Source of the DNA: Antechinus flavipes
Lineage: Eukaryota
DNA: 64,000 nucleotides
Reading direction: 5' to 3'
Assembly: GCF_016432865.1 (NCBI RefSeq)
Contig: NC_067403.1
Span: 200,322,001-200,386,000, forward strand
A program made the position numbers and the translations under genes. Under the pieces are notes generated by a model that had not been told where the DNA came from, ran no database searches, and saw only the letters and a program-made list of their open reading frames with translations. Positions 1 to 15,130 of the stretch are shown here, piece after piece. Every line of letters begins with the position of its first letter. Position 1 is the first letter of the stretch.

Positions 1-1275
1 CTGGAGAAAGGTCAGGACTAGAGATACAGATTTCTCAGATGCTTATGTAGATGAAACCATGGGAATCAATGTGATCCCTAGGAAGTGTCTAAAAGAGCAG
101 CAAAAGATTCGGGTATAAACTTCTTAATATATTTATAATTAAAGGATAGAACAAGGAAGTAGACACATTGAAAAGATAGGGGTTTCTAGATCATGGGCAT
201 TAAAGCTGAACAGGACCTAAAAGACCATCTCATTTGAGGTTCTGAACCTTTTTTGTCACAGGCCCCTTTGGCAGTCAAGTGAAGTTTATGGAGCCTTTGC
301 TCAGAATAATATTCTTAAATGCACAAAATAAAATATATAGAATCACAAAAGAGTAAATAATGAAATAAAGATAGACTATTTTTCCAATCCAAGTTCATGG
401 ATACCCTGAAATTTATTGATAAATTCCCTTGGGAAATCAGTGGATTCCAGATATTAAGTTCTGATCTAATGCCACCTCCTTATTTTATGGAGAGGGTGCA
501 TCAAGAGCCAAGAGAGAAGAGGGAATCCAGAAGGAAGGTTTGGTGTAGGACATTGCCGAGAGGTCCAGAGGATCAGGACTGACAAAGGCCATCAGGCCAT
601 TGATGAGCTTGGAGTGGGCATGTGAGCAATATATTGGGGGTGTAGGCGATACCTCCTATTCTGAGCAGTGTTCGTTGGGTGTGATGAGGTTTATACATTA
701 GGTTAAGGGATGCATTCTGCCCTGGGAGAGGAGGTGCACCATCTGGTCAAAACCGTACTGAATGCTGGAGATATGTGTCTTCTTTGGGTGAGATATAGAA
801 TGTAGAGACTGTGGTTAAAGCCATAAACACTGGATGGAGGATGTACACTTGGGAGTGGATTTAGGCTGGGAGGATGGCTATAAACTACAAGGACCTTTCT
901 AATTAATTTCTTTACAACTTCTACCCTGTAGCCCCTTGCTTGTCCTCCCCCACCCCCACCTCTGCCATCCAGGGACACTGGCCTTCTCTCAATTCCTCCA
1001 TTTCTCCAATCCAGGCAGAGTCACTGGACCCCCAGACCTCTCACATTCTCTTTCCTCGTTCCTATCTCCCCTGGTGTGCTTCAAGTTCCCCCCTTCTCAA
1101 AGAAGATTGTTCTGATCCCCCTTAATTCTTTCCTTTTTCCTCTGTGGATCATTTGCAATTCATCCTGTCTATATTTTGTATTTGGTTGTTTACACTATCT
1201 TTCTGATCAGACTCTGAGCTCCTTGAGGCCAGAAATTGTTTTTAAATTTTTTTCTTTTCTTTTCTTTTCTTTTTT

Positions 1276-1385
1276 ACTGAGGGTTAAGTGACTTGCCCAG
1301 GGTCACACAACTGAGGCCAAATTAGAACTCAGGTCCTCCTGACTTCAGAGCTGGTGCTCTATCCACTGCACCATCCAACTGCCCC
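1276..1385 (-). mobile_element. WSINE1-like SINE
   Basis: ggttaagtgacttgcccagggtcacac...atccactgcaccatccaactgcccc, with a T-rich tail to the left. Confidence 0.8.
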
Positions 1386-1838
1386 AAGAATTGTTTTTAT
1401 GTTTCTTTGTATGTTCAGCACTTAGGTTAGTTCCTGGCATACAATAGGCACTTAATATAAGTTTATTGACCAACTGTATGACATAGGGAGGGATATATAC
1501 TATGTGAGGGGATGTGAACCCTGAAGGATAGTATTGTAGTGTGTACACTGTAGGAAAATACAGGCAGTGGGAGGGTGGGGGGGAGAGTTTGTGCTGGGTA
1601 TTACATGTTGGGTTACTTTTGGGGGGAACTTTAGGAGAAATCACCACTTAGGGGGATGCTGCATAGATGGAGATGTGTGCTTCTGGGGGGACAGTTATGC
1701 TATGGGCAAGGATGTAAATATTATGTAATGGTAGAGCTGTGTGTTGTGTATGGTGCTCCATGCCCTGTGTGTGGGTGTACACTGCAGGTGAGAAGATGCT
1801 GTGTATGTGTATGTGTGTGTGTCAGTGTGTGTATGTGA

Positions 1839-2210
<372 letters not shown>

Positions 2211-3507
2211 TAAGGGTAGTTCTAAGGCTGGGGGTGGGGATAGCTTGTAAAATTATCTTGGGCACCCAGAACTTCAGAGTGATCCCAGTGTTGGACCCTG
2301 TAAGGCCTCGGCTTCCCTGTCCCCTAGGACTGCAGCCTGGGCCCTTTGGACCCCCCAAATTCCCCCCCTCCCTGTCAGTTTTCTGTTCAGAGCTCTACAT
2401 TTCCTAAGGGGATTTGGTGATGGAGGCTTCCTCTCATTCCCTAAGCCCTTCCTCCTCTTCCTCAGGGCTTTAGAAGTCTCAGGGGGCTGGGAACCTGAAT
2501 GGACAGGGACTCCCCTTAGGAGAAGGGGCCCTAGGGTGGGGTACTCTCAGCCATTTCTCCAGGTCCCCCCACCCCCAAGATCCCTAGCCAGTGGAGGTAG
2601 AGGGGGGGTGCGAGTGGGGGTGGAGCAGCTCCTTCTCCCCTGGCTGCTGAGGCCTCATTAGGGCCCCACTTAAGGAGATGATAATTGTGACATTTTTACA
2701 TGATTAACGACCCAGCTAATTTACATAGCGTGAGGCAGAGAGCAGCTGCCCGGTACCCCCCCACTCCCACCCCCCAGGGTGCTGAAGAGTTTGGGAGGGG
2801 AGCCCGGTTAGTGCCCCCCCTTACCTTTCCAAAGGGTGGGGCCTGCCCACAATCCCAGATCCAAAGGGCTCCCAGCAAGCCCTGGTGAAGAGGCAAAAGT
2901 GGGGGATAGTGAAGGGAGCCGGAGGGGCTTAGGTCTGGTCTACCCCTGCTCATTCCTACCTTCCTTCCCTTGAAGTGGAAGGGAGCATCCTTCTCCCTTC
3001 CCCTTCTCTGCCTCCCTGTTGGTGGGCCCAGGACCCCTCCCTCAAGTCCCACTTCAGATACCACCTGAGGGGCCTGAGGGGAGTGAAGAGGCACTCTCTG
3101 AAGCTATTGCCTGCCCTCTGCACAGAGGCCCAGACCTGCCATATTTTAACTAGAAGTCCTTTTCTCCAGTGCCCCGGATGGACCCTTTGAATTGTCCAAG
3201 ACTTAACCACATTAAATATGAAGTCCCTGTTTTTGTGAGAGGGACAGGAGGAGCAGGAACCCCATCATGAGGGATGGGGGTCATGAGCATCCTCACCTCC
3301 CTCCTATTTCCCTTTCACTCTGGCTAGTCACTTTGCCCAGAGGACTGAAGCTGGGGAAAGAGAAAGAGAGAGGTGGGGGTGGAGCCCCCCACCCCTAGAC
3401 AGCAGTTGTATTCCTGGGGATATCCAGGGTTCAGAGAGGCTGGCTGCCTTGGGGTACATTTGGGCTCTGCCTCTCTGCTGGCTTCTTAGCTAGTCATCCT
3501 ACCCTGA

Positions 3508-3756
<249 letters not shown>

Positions 3757-3975
3757 TGACACCTTCCCTTGGCCAACGGCGCCCCCTCCTCCCCTCCCAG
3801 GGAGGCCCACTCATCCTTCTTTCGGTCACCTACAGTGAGCACCTTCACCCCCACTCTAGGCCCAGTCCCGTCCCCCAGGTATAGCCCCGGGGGCTACCTT
3901 TTCCCCCTCCATCTCCCCCGTATCATCCCAGCTGGAGCAGCCCTGCTCTCTCCTTTCCTCATGCTCCCCTCCTGA

Positions 3976-4260
<285 letters not shown>

Positions 4261-4263
4261 TGA

Positions 4264-4437
<174 letters not shown>

Positions 4438-6188
4438 TAAGTGAGGCAGGGGCCAGCCCCCTTTCCTTGGTAAAAACAGGGTGGGTCAGAAGGGAAATAA
4501 GGAACCTGTAGTGACCACTCTGAGCTTGGAGGACCCTTTTCAAACAATCACAGATTCTATCTCATACAACAATTTATGAAAACAATCTCCAAGGAAATAA
4601 CCCTTCAGCTTTTCTGATTGTTCTCATTTAGAGCTCTTCTGTCCTCTTCCCCACTCCCCAAAACCTTCCCTTTCATCCCAAATACTCCAAGAATGTCTCT
4701 CCCGTTTTGAAAGATTCATCTATCACTCTTTGGGCCCATCCCAAGTTCATCTTTCTACTGCAAAATTTCTTAATCTTTCTCTCCTCTGTGGTTCTCTCCA
4801 TTCAGCTTAGAAACAAAAGTGAGTTTTATCTCGTAGTTCTGAAAAAGTCAGCATTAAATCATGGTATTCTGAGCTCCGTCAGTGCTTAGGCCAGTACTTG
4901 CATTTCTTGAACTTTAGGCCTCTTTTTGTCACCCTAAAAGTTCATTTTCCCCCTCACCATTCAAACAATGAATAAGCATTTACTTAATGCTTCCAATCGG
5001 TCAGAAACTGAGCTCAAATAACTGGTGATTCAAAGAAAAACAAAAACACAAAAATCAGTACCTGCCCTCCAGAAGCTTACATTCTAATGAGAAAGGCACC
5101 ATGGGAATAAGAAGGTACATACAAAGTACATGCAAAATAGAAGGAAGGTAACCTTAAAGTTTACTTCCTCAATGGCAGAGCTCAGCTTCTGGCCAGATCC
5201 CTGTCTTCATGAGTCCTTATCCCTTTCGGTGGGATATTTAGTATCCTTACTTCAATTTCCGACATCACATTTTCTTCATTCTGATTCCTTTCTGCTCTTT
5301 TCTCTCTGGTCTCTCATTGTCAGCCTCTCATTCTTAGTGGAAATAATACTGAATTTGGAGTCAGGTCTAGACTCGTATACATCTCTGCTGCTTACTATCT
5401 GTGTGACACATTAAACTCTTGGCTCCAAAGGTCTTTTCACTCTAAACTGAATATTATATGAACACTTATCCCTATGCTAATTATTACTGAATCTACCTCT
5501 CAAGCAATCAAGCTGACAGTATTTATTAAGTGCCTGCTGTGTGCATGGGCATGTGGCTAGATGCTGGAGGAGCAACAAAGTTGCTATAAGACACAGTGCC
5601 TGCCTTCAAGGAGCCCACAGCTAAGTAAGGGGATAAAACACTAACAGATATAGCCACAATATGTAACAATCTAGAATGAATATATTAGAGAGGCAACCAA
5701 AGTTACAATATAAATATTGTACAAAATCATAATACAAATATTATACAAAGTTACAATATAAAAATTTTCTTTAAAGAAATTCAGTCCTTAGCTCATCCCA
5801 ATTATGGCATAAATGACAATTTAGTCATTTCCCCCCAAAAAGTAACTGTCCCTCCTGCTTTCCCCAGCGCCTTCTCTTTTTTCCCACAGTGGGGAACCAG
5901 GTTCACTCCCTGCTCCCCTGGGAAGGAATCCAGATTGGGCAGGGACCCAGTGTCAGTTTTTATAGCTGCCTGACAGATTTGGAGTTGGGTCAAAGAGGCA
6001 TTTTTGGAAAAACCGAAGTGGTTCCCTTCAGTGCTCCCTGGTGGGGCTGTCTTGGGACACTCGGAAGGAGGGGAGCACGACATTATTTTCTGAATGTGAA
6101 TACTCTGTACATGTATGAATACCCACACTCTGGGAATAAATTGTCTGTGTACTGAGCTGCCCCACGAGTGCTTGGTTCAGGAGACTAA

Positions 6189-6509
<321 letters not shown>

Positions 6510-6580
6510 TGAGCATTTCTGGCTCTTTGCACCATGGGATTGCCTTTGGGCTGATCCTCCCTCCTCCATCCCATCCCCAG

Positions 6581-6646
6581 GAAGTGCTATTGAAAAGGGC
6601 AGCTGACCTGGTGGAGGCTCTGTATGGGATGCCGCATAGTAACCAG
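6581..6646 (+). CDS. EBF4: EBF4 exon ([22 protein letters not shown]; helix 2)
   Basis: CAG acceptor and GT at 6647. Exon is 66 nt. Confidence 0.96.
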
Positions 6647-7024
6647 GTATAAGGCTTTGAGCCACCTTCCCTTTTCCTCAAGACCCTTCCAACTCCCTGG
6701 TCTCCCACGTGCGCCATCTCCTTCCTTTCTCAGGCTTCCCACACAGTAGCAAGAGGGCTGGGTTTGAATCCCAGTTATTCTGCTTGCTGCCTGTGTGACC
6801 TCAGGCATATGACTTTACTTCTCTGAGTTTCAGTTTCCTATAAACATCGTAAAATGAAGGGTTGGGACTGACCTCTAAGGTGCTTTGCAGCTCCCAATCC
6901 ATCATTTATGTTCCAACTTGCTGGTTCCTTGTGTGTCCCTCTCCTCTCCTTCCCTCTTGTCATTCCTCCCAAGGGCTGGTGGGGGTTTAGGGGTTGGGGG
7001 CCAGCCCTGCCCTTGCCTCCCTAG

Positions 7025-7202
7025 GACCTCATCATAAAGCGGGCAGCGGACATTGCAGAAGCACTCTACAGCGTCCCACGCACCCCCTCCCAGCTCGGCT
7101 CGCTGGCCCCGGGCCATCCCCACACAGCCATGATGGGGATCAACTCCTTTGGGAGTCAGCTAGCAGTCAACATTGGAGACTCCACCCAAGGGGCCGAACA
7201 AG
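7025..7202 (+). CDS. EBF4: EBF4 exon ([19 protein letters not shown]...GAEQ; duplicated helix 2')
   Basis: TAG acceptor at 7022-7024 and GT at 7203. Exon is 178 nt and carries the vertebrate duplicated helix. Confidence 0.96.
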
Positions 7203-7330
7203 GTGGGTCTGCCCTTCTGCTTCTTCTTGGGACACTGTCTCCTCCCGGGCCCCTCCCTCTGCCCATCAGTGCCCTGGGTCGGCCCCAAGACCCCTTGCGG
7301 CCCCCACCCTGACCCGTTCTTCCTGGCCAG

Positions 7331-7516
7331 GTTACTCCCGGAATACCAGCAGTGTGTCTCCGAGGGGCTACGTGCCTAGCTCCACCCCGCAGCAGAGCAG
7401 CTACAGCAGCATCACCTCCAGCATCAACGGCTACGGAGCCACGGGCATGGCTGGCCTGGGGGTACCCAGCTCCCCCAGCTTTCTCAATGGCTCCACTGCA
7501 AATTCACCCTATGCTA
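7331..7516 (+). CDS. EBF4: EBF4 exon ([22 protein letters not shown]...[10 protein letters not shown]; Ser/Pro-rich activation region)
   Basis: CAG acceptor at 7328-7330 and GTGAGT donor at 7517. Exon is 186 nt. Confidence 0.95.
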
Positions 7517-7809
7517 GTGAGTTTCTATGGTGGGCAGGGCTGAGGCAGGGGAAGGTGGGCGCTACCAAGGTCTTAGTGAGCCCTGCTCCCAGTCAGCTGC
7601 AAAACATGGAGGCTGAATTCGGTGACCTGTAAGGTTTCCCCTGGCTTGCTGTGACTCTCTGCTGTGATGCCCTGTTGGGGGGAATACTCTATCAAGTCAG
7701 CTCTGGAGGGATGACAGAGTCCTGGCAGCAAGAGAAGTCTAGTTTGGGAGGAGAGAAGACTCCACTTCCCCTTAGATATCAGGCTGGGCAGGGTGTTGCC
7801 ATCCACTCA

Positions 7810-7812
<3 letters not shown>

Positions 7813-7854
<42 letters not shown>
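7813..7854. repeat. (GT)21 microsatellite
   Basis: Direct reading. Other (GT/CA)n tracts are at 8195-8230, 19275-19314, about 26980-27010, about 28297-28322, 33812-33862, about 56150-56184 and about 60459-60482. Confidence 0.98.
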
Positions 7855-7856
<2 letters not shown>

Positions 7857-8191
7857 TGGAGACAGGAGGTGGAAGCCTACAAGAGATTCTAGGGACCTCG
7901 TAGGAGCTTTTTCCACAGCCTTTTCTTCCATCTGACCCCCACCTCCCTCATGCTTAAAACCCATCCTGACAGAGAGGTGCAAGACAGGCCCTGGGGCCCC
8001 TCAATAGGACTGAAAGTGGTCCTTCATCATCCTAGAGTTCCCCCACCCACTCTCCCCAGTGACCCCATTATTGCCTGAACTATTGCTCTAGTCTATATCA
8101 TGGCATACACACACATATATGTATATATACATACTTATACATAATACATATATGTATATACATATATGTGTACATGTGTATGCTTCCCCTT

Positions 8192-8232
<41 letters not shown>

Positions 8233-11200
8233 AATTCCTCCAGTGCTCGATCTAGGAGTTCAGTAAAACTTTCCAGGTCAGAGGTGAGTAGTTCAGGAGT
8301 CAGAAGCATATTCCTCTTCAGCTGTCCCATCACTGGAGCAGAAATAGAGGGAGAAGGTGACTGCTCCTGGGTATCTTTGAGCCCCAGGGAAAGGGCCGAG
8401 GGAGTCACTGCCCCAGGCAGGATGTCACCATACTTCCACCATCTTTTTCCGTCCCACCCTCTTCTACCTCCAAAATTCTGTCTTCTGTCCCTCTGGAGGA
8501 CCACAAGTGATTATAAATTACATATTTCTAGTTTTTTTCCAATACAGCACCAAAGATTCCCTCCTCAGATGCCAATCTCATGTCCCACCATGTGAACTTT
8601 GTCCTTTTCCTTTTTCCTGATTTTTTCCTTTCTGATCCTGCTCTTCCCCCAGGACCACGGGACCTTTCTTCATACCTTAACAGCTCTCTTTCTATCTTGC
8701 CTTTTGATCTTTTTCTTTAACACCTGGAGTTTCCCAGCTCTGTCATCTCTGCTCACAGAACCACTGGCTCATAGGTGTAGAATATCGGCAGACTTTCCCT
8801 TCCTCCCTCTCTTCTTCATTGTCACTTCTTCCCCCTCCCCATCCTTCCCTATCCTCCTTTCTCTGCTATGTTTGTGGGGCTTGGCCACCTTCTGCTAGGC
8901 AACAAGCCATTTATGCCTGTTTGTGGATGATGCTGGATGTCAGGAGATTGTTGCACAATCTAGTTGGTATCTTGGGATCCACACCGGCTTTTCTTACTGG
9001 AACACCTCAGGCCCCCTCTGTCTCTGAAGGTCCCCCACCTGCTGGTTCTTGGCAGATCCCTCCCCACATTCATGTGGGCCTCTTCCCAGGCTTTTCACTG
9101 CAGCAGGAAAGATGGAAAATTCCACTTACATTACTTTCTGGCCGAGGTCAGAACCACAAAAGGGGAAATTTAATTTCATTGTGGGCATTTCCAGGCTTCA
9201 TCCTTGCATATCTGGGAACTGGTATGCTCTGGTAAGAGCCCGGGCTCAGTGAGTCACTGCCCAGCCTGGTGACGGATGGCGCGGCATTTCTCTAGCATCT
9301 TAAGGTTTACAAAGCACTGTCCTCAAAGCGTGCATTCCTGTGGCGTTCTATTATTACCATTTGATAGTGTAAGAACCTGTGTCTCAAAAGTGAACTGACT
9401 TGCTCAGGTTCATGTAACTAGTGAATGGGAGGGAGGGGGCTTGGATTTGAACCCTGGCCTCCTGACTGCATGTCCAGCTCTCTGGTCATTGCACTGAGCT
9501 CTGATAAAATGCCTTCTCCCATCACTATCAAGAAGCCCTTCCTGATGTCTAGCCTAAATTCATCTTGCTCCAATTTGAGCTCCTTTTCAGTGATTCAGTG
9601 GGAATTCCTATTTCTCAGTGATTCAGTGGCTTTTCCTTGGGCATGTTGGGGGCTCCCATTGACCTAGTTCTGTCCCATTACTAGAACAACTACTTCTCAT
9701 CATATTTTTGTTTTCAGTTGAGCTTTGGCTAACCTCCTGAGATCTCCCAGCCTAGACACCTGGGGGGAATTGCCCCTCCTTGTGCTGCCAAGTGACCAAG
9801 GCTTTCCTTTTAGAAGGTCATTACCAGAACCAGGGTCTACTATGAAGGAGAGATCCCTTTGAACGAAACCCTCCAGATGTCTGGGACTGATTTCCCAAAC
9901 TCACTCTAATCTCACAGGATAGATGATCTTTTTGCATGACAAGGAGCTGCCCTAGAAGGCTCTGTTCAATTTTCACTGGAGACAGGCAGCCATGAGACTT
10001 CCATTCACTGGTATTTAGATCTTACCTTCAATCCCATTCACCCTTGGGATCATCATCTAATCATCTCTCTGTTGTTTGGCTAGTGCTGCCATTTTGATCC
10101 CCAGTTCACCTTTGCTTTTGGCCCCCTCTCTTGATGGATTTCTTCTCCCAGTGGTCATGCTGATCACAAGAACACCTTGGCTCTGGCCCCTTGGCTCCAA
10201 CCTGTTAATGAAACCTGTACCATTCTTGCTGGAGCTGCTAAGTAGTCACCAGATTTCTTTCTTTTGCTGAACACATGGCCCAAATTTTGCCTGCCAGACC
10301 TGGCTCTGATCCGAGTAACTAAAATTAGCAGGTGCCTATTAGCCAAAATAGGTCCTGGAGGATGTGGGAAGCTATAGGCCCTTGTAGCCCTTACTCTAGA
10401 CTTACAACTCCAGACTTATCTCTTGGTTCTAACCTCAGATTCTAAAAATTACCATGAAAAATGATTCACGCCCAGGAGGTCAGTCAAAAAGAAATGTGAT
10501 AATGGACTATAGATTCCCAACTGGGTCTTTCAGGGTCTCAGTGTCCAGAGTTTATATTGGGCATGTATTATTTCCAGGATAGGCAGATCTAGGGAAAACT
10601 TGCTGAATTCAGGTGGAGTCATAAAAACATCTATTAAGCATCTACTGAATGCTAAATCACTATATTAAGCACTGGCAATTGAAAGGCCAAAAATAAATAA
10701 ATTACAGTTTCTGCTCTCAAGGAGCAATTAAATGCATGTATCCATAAAATCTATTTCTGTGGAAAGGCAGGTTTCAGTGCCATAATAAGGAGAAATTTTC
10801 CAACAATCAGAGCTATTCTGAGTGGAATGAACTGCTTTGATAGTAAGTTCCCTGTTATAGAAAGTGTTCAAGTGCAGTCTGGATAACCACTTGTCTAGGA
10901 TATTCTAGAATGGATACCTGTTTGGGTATAGGTTGAATTAGGTCCCTTTCAACTGTGAGATTCCATGCTCTGTCCAAAAACTGTCCAAAGCTCTAACTCC
11001 TTTCCACCTCCATTTCATTTCTTCACTCTCCTTAACCAAGACCCCTTCATTTCAGATCATGTTTTATCAAAGTCTTCTCTAGCTGATTCTGCTCAGATGC
11101 AAGATGGCTCTGTGTCTGGATCTTGTGGCCCGAGCTGTTCTGTTTCCCTTAGCTCTGACTCTTTGTCTCTTCAACCATCACTGAGCCCTAACCTCTAACT

Positions 11201-13118
11201 TTTGATCCCAGTGTTCTATCCTGCTTTGCATATAGCTGATTGTCAAGGCACTGGGGTGAGTAGTGTTTTCTACTGGGCCAGTAAGATGCAGAAAGGGAGA
11301 TCTGGGGATAGGGATAGATGGAATGGAAGGACAACGGATGGAGCTCACAGGAATGGGAGACCGGGACGGCATGCAAGGTCGGCAATGGAAAGAATCATTT
11401 GGGGATCCGCCTTGAATATAGGTCTGTGAGCATTTTCTATTGAAACTGGCTCGGAAGAACAGCCATGGGGAGATCTGGGCAGCACTATCCATATGCCTAA
11501 TGACCAGGAACTGCAGAAGGATCAAACACAGATGCCAATCTGTGCCAACTCAAGTAGATAGCATTGAACACGTCCTCTTCCCTTCTCTTGAAAATTTTCA
11601 GTGATTTCATCCAACCCAATAAAATGATATTTGAGAAAGATTATCCTGGCATCCTTATAGAAGACCAACTAGAGCTGGAATAGGCAGGAGGCAGTGAGAC
11701 CAATTAGGTGCCTGAAGTAATGGCACCTAGACAAGGCTGGTGACAAAGGGAATGGAAAGGAAGGGATGCAGATGAGAAACATTGGTGGAAGAATCGGCTG
11801 GACTTGGTGACTGATTGGATATTGAAGATGATGAACAGGAAGAATCAAAAATTACACCAACAGCTCCTGGTCTGTGAGGGATGGCAGGGTTGTTGCATTC
11901 TGCAGAGAAAAGATGATGATGCTTTGGGCCTGCTGAATTTGGGTAAGAACAGAGAATCTAGCCCCATCTCCTATTTTAACCACTGATAACATACCTGATC
12001 ATTCATCCTATGCCTAAACCTGAATTTCACCTCCTACTGATGGTGATTTACACTCATCTGACTCTCAGGTAAGAAGGGGGAAGGGAAACAGACATTTATT
12101 TTGGAGCCAATTATAAACAAGGAGGAGGGACTTGCTGGTAAAGTGGAAACCACAGTCACCTTTAGAGAGAGGGAGCGCATTGTGCTTGTTTGTGATGGTT
12201 AAGGAGGAGAATGTTGTTCTTAGACTGATATAACCATAGGTTTTAGAAGGGTATATTGTAGTGTTCACAGGGAGGGACAGGTAGCATCTCAAGCCATGAG
12301 GCTCTGACAAGGAAGTTGGCTCAAGAGAAGAAGCAAAATTCTGACTCTACAAACTTGAATGACTCCAATGAGGAAAAAAATGTGAAGGAGCAGCTAAATA
12401 CATCACTGTGACCGCACAAAGTGGAAATTCAAATTTTAAAAGGTCCTGAAGTGAAAGAGCACTGGACTCAGAGTCAGGAAGTCCTACATTCCAAGCCCAT
12501 CTCCAACACAGGTGGACTTCAGTTAGATTACTTAAGCTTTCTGTGCCTCTCATCTTTCAAAAAAGGGGGGTTGAATTATATGATCTTCCTTCTATGATCT
12601 TCTGATAAAATGGAATTGAGGCTGTACAGCCGAGGATGGAAGGCAAAAAGAGTCATGATCTTGTGAAAATAGTTCCAAGGAAACCTAAAGGCTGGAGTAA
12701 GTGAAGATTTGGAGGAGCAAGAATGCTATGGACATGTCTTGAAGCAACTTTGGACAAACAATGAATATGTGGCCCTAGTGAATGGGAGGAAGACAGAGGA
12801 TAGCAAAGAGAAGACAGAATTAATGCACTCTTATTTCACCTCTGCATTCCCTATTAAGGAACACAAAGATAGGGAAAAAATAGTTCAATAGTTATGCTGG
12901 ACAACTGAGGAAATAGTAAAACCATGTCTCTCTGCCCTTGATGAGTTCAATTTATCAGGATGAATTATACTACTAGCTGACATATATAGTGGTTTTAGAC
13001 TTGCAAAGCACTTTACATGATCCCTTTAATGATCAAGAAAAACATAAGTTGGTGATGTGATATTGCACACTTTTGAGTTAAATTTGCATTATTAATATTT
13101 TCTTCCATTGTTTTCCTT

Positions 13119-13340
13119 TTGTTGTTTTTCAGTCACATTTGTGACCCCTTTTGGGGTTTTCTTGGCAAAGTTACTGGAGAGGTTGGCCATGTCCTTCTCC
13201 ACCTCATTTTTACAATGAGGAAACTGAAGTAAACAGAGTGAAGTGACTTGTCCAGGCCACACAGCTAGAAAGTGTCAGAAGCCAGATTTGAACTCAGGAA
13301 GATGAGTCTTTTTGACTCTCAGCCCAGTGCTCTATCCTGC
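13119..13340 (-). mobile_element. MAR1/MIR-like CORE-SINE
   Basis: CORE motif (gaggaaactga...gtgacttgtcca...gatttgaactcagg) with an RTE-like tail (ttcagtcacatttgtgacccc...ggttggccatgtccttctcc). Confidence 0.75.
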
Positions 13341-14049
13341 CTAAGATATTGTCAGTTCAGCAATATTTGAAAGATCACAAACTGTAGAGCCAGAGAAGTG
13401 GAGAAAAGCAAAAATAGTCTGATTTTTTTTAAGGGGAAAGTTGAGTCCCCTAAACCATGAGCTGGTGACCCAGGACTTAATTCTTAGTAAAATTTGTAGT
13501 AGAACATCATATTCTCTTAGTTGAATAATTCATGAATTATTCATGACAGGGCAGCTCTGATATGACAAGTCTGCCTGGATTTGTTAAGAAAAAATTATGG
13601 CCAACTAAAGTCATTATCTTCTCTTTCTAGATTGGTGTATTTGGAGGATGTAATAGGTAACAATTTGCCCAGATTTCAATATTTGACAATCTCTCAAGGT
13701 AATCTTGTGGATCCCAGGTTAGAGAAATGTAAAAATGTACTGTTAAGCAGATTGATAACTGGCTGAACTCAAAGTTTGGATAAATGAACTGATGTCAACC
13801 TAGAGAGAAGTCACTAGTGAAATACCTTCAGACTTTTCTGTTTTAAATGTTCATGAGTGACTTAGATAAAGGTGTGGATAACCTGTTCTTTAGTTTTTAG
13901 AGATGGAAGGGATAGTCATCAAGTTGGCAAACTTAACTGAGATCCAGAAAGGATTGGGTAATGGGCTGAATGCAAGAAAATAAAACTTAATTGGAATTAA
14001 TACAAAATCTTCTGTCCAAATATAGTATTCAATTTACCCACCATTTATT

Positions 14050-15130
14050 AAGTACCTATTCAGTACCACAAGGAGCAGTGCTATGAAATAGTCCCTGCCT
14101 TAGAGGAATATATATTCTTCTGGGAGAAAGGGAGGAAATATACTGTGTACTTAGATAAGAAAGAGCATTTCCAATTTGAGACTTAGGAGAGTACCAACAA
14201 CTAGAGACAATTAGGGAGAGTTTCAAAGAAAAGGTGGCAGCTCTTCTTGAAGCTATCTTCTTGATAGAGAGGAGGAAGGAGTATCTTTCAGCTATGGGGG
14301 ATGGTCTGTATAAATGCACAGAGACAGAAGATAGACTAGCAAACATTTTGGGAACAGCTAGTACTCCAGCCTGGCTGGAACACTGAGTGCACAAAGAAGA
14401 GTACAGCGTGATAAGGTTGGAAGAATAGGTTGGAACTTAATTGTGCAGTAACTTAGAGGCTGAGGGGGTTGTATTTTATCATAGAGGCAGTAGGGAGCTA
14501 CTGAAGGTTTTTGGTGGTGCTTTTTTGTTTGTTTGTTTTAGCAGAGAATGGGTATGAATGAATGAAGTATTTATTAAATGAGCAGCTGGGATACAAATCC
14601 AAAAATGGGGATAGTCTTGCTCTGAAAGAATTGACATTCTATGGAGGGGGTGCAAAGAGTATAGAGGGATGGTAGTCAGGGAGCTATATTTCAGTTTGGG
14701 GAGTTACAGGGTAGTGAATGGTATAAATTGACGCGGACTTTCTAGTAGCAGTGATGCTATTGGTTTTAATTATAATTCCAGAACTGGAAAGGGGTGATGG
14801 TAGTGAAATTAGTTACAAGATAGTTAAGGGGACAGGTAAAAGCATGGCTGGAGTCAGTTGGATATAAAGGCCCTCGCCAGTCAGGATACGGTCAGTTCTT
14901 TGTCTCAGGAAGATTATTTTGGTAGTTGTATAGAGGGTAGATTGGGAGCAGGGAGCCCTGTTAGATTATTCCAATAGTGCAGGGGAGATTGGATGAGGAC
15001 CTGGAGAACGGTGGTCTTGTGAATGGGGAGGGAAGAATGAGTCAAGCATGATTCCAAGGTTACAAACCTGGGTGACTGGGAAGAAAGCAGCAAAAATGGA
15101 GAAGTTTGGAGGATGTGAGGGGCGTGTGTG
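14050..15130 (+). mobile_element. Degenerate L2 relic
   Basis: L2-like tail motif (tttattaagtacct...tccctgccttagagg) and body motifs (agcatgattccaaggttacaaacctgggtgactgg). Similar pieces occur at about 26300-27480 and 61340-61690. Boundaries approximate. Confidence 0.6.

Noticed and set aside
8190-8595. ORFs with CVCVCV/HTHTHT runs (also near 7.7, 19.2, 28.1 and 33.8 kb)
   Set aside because: They are translations of (GT)n/(CA)n microsatellites.
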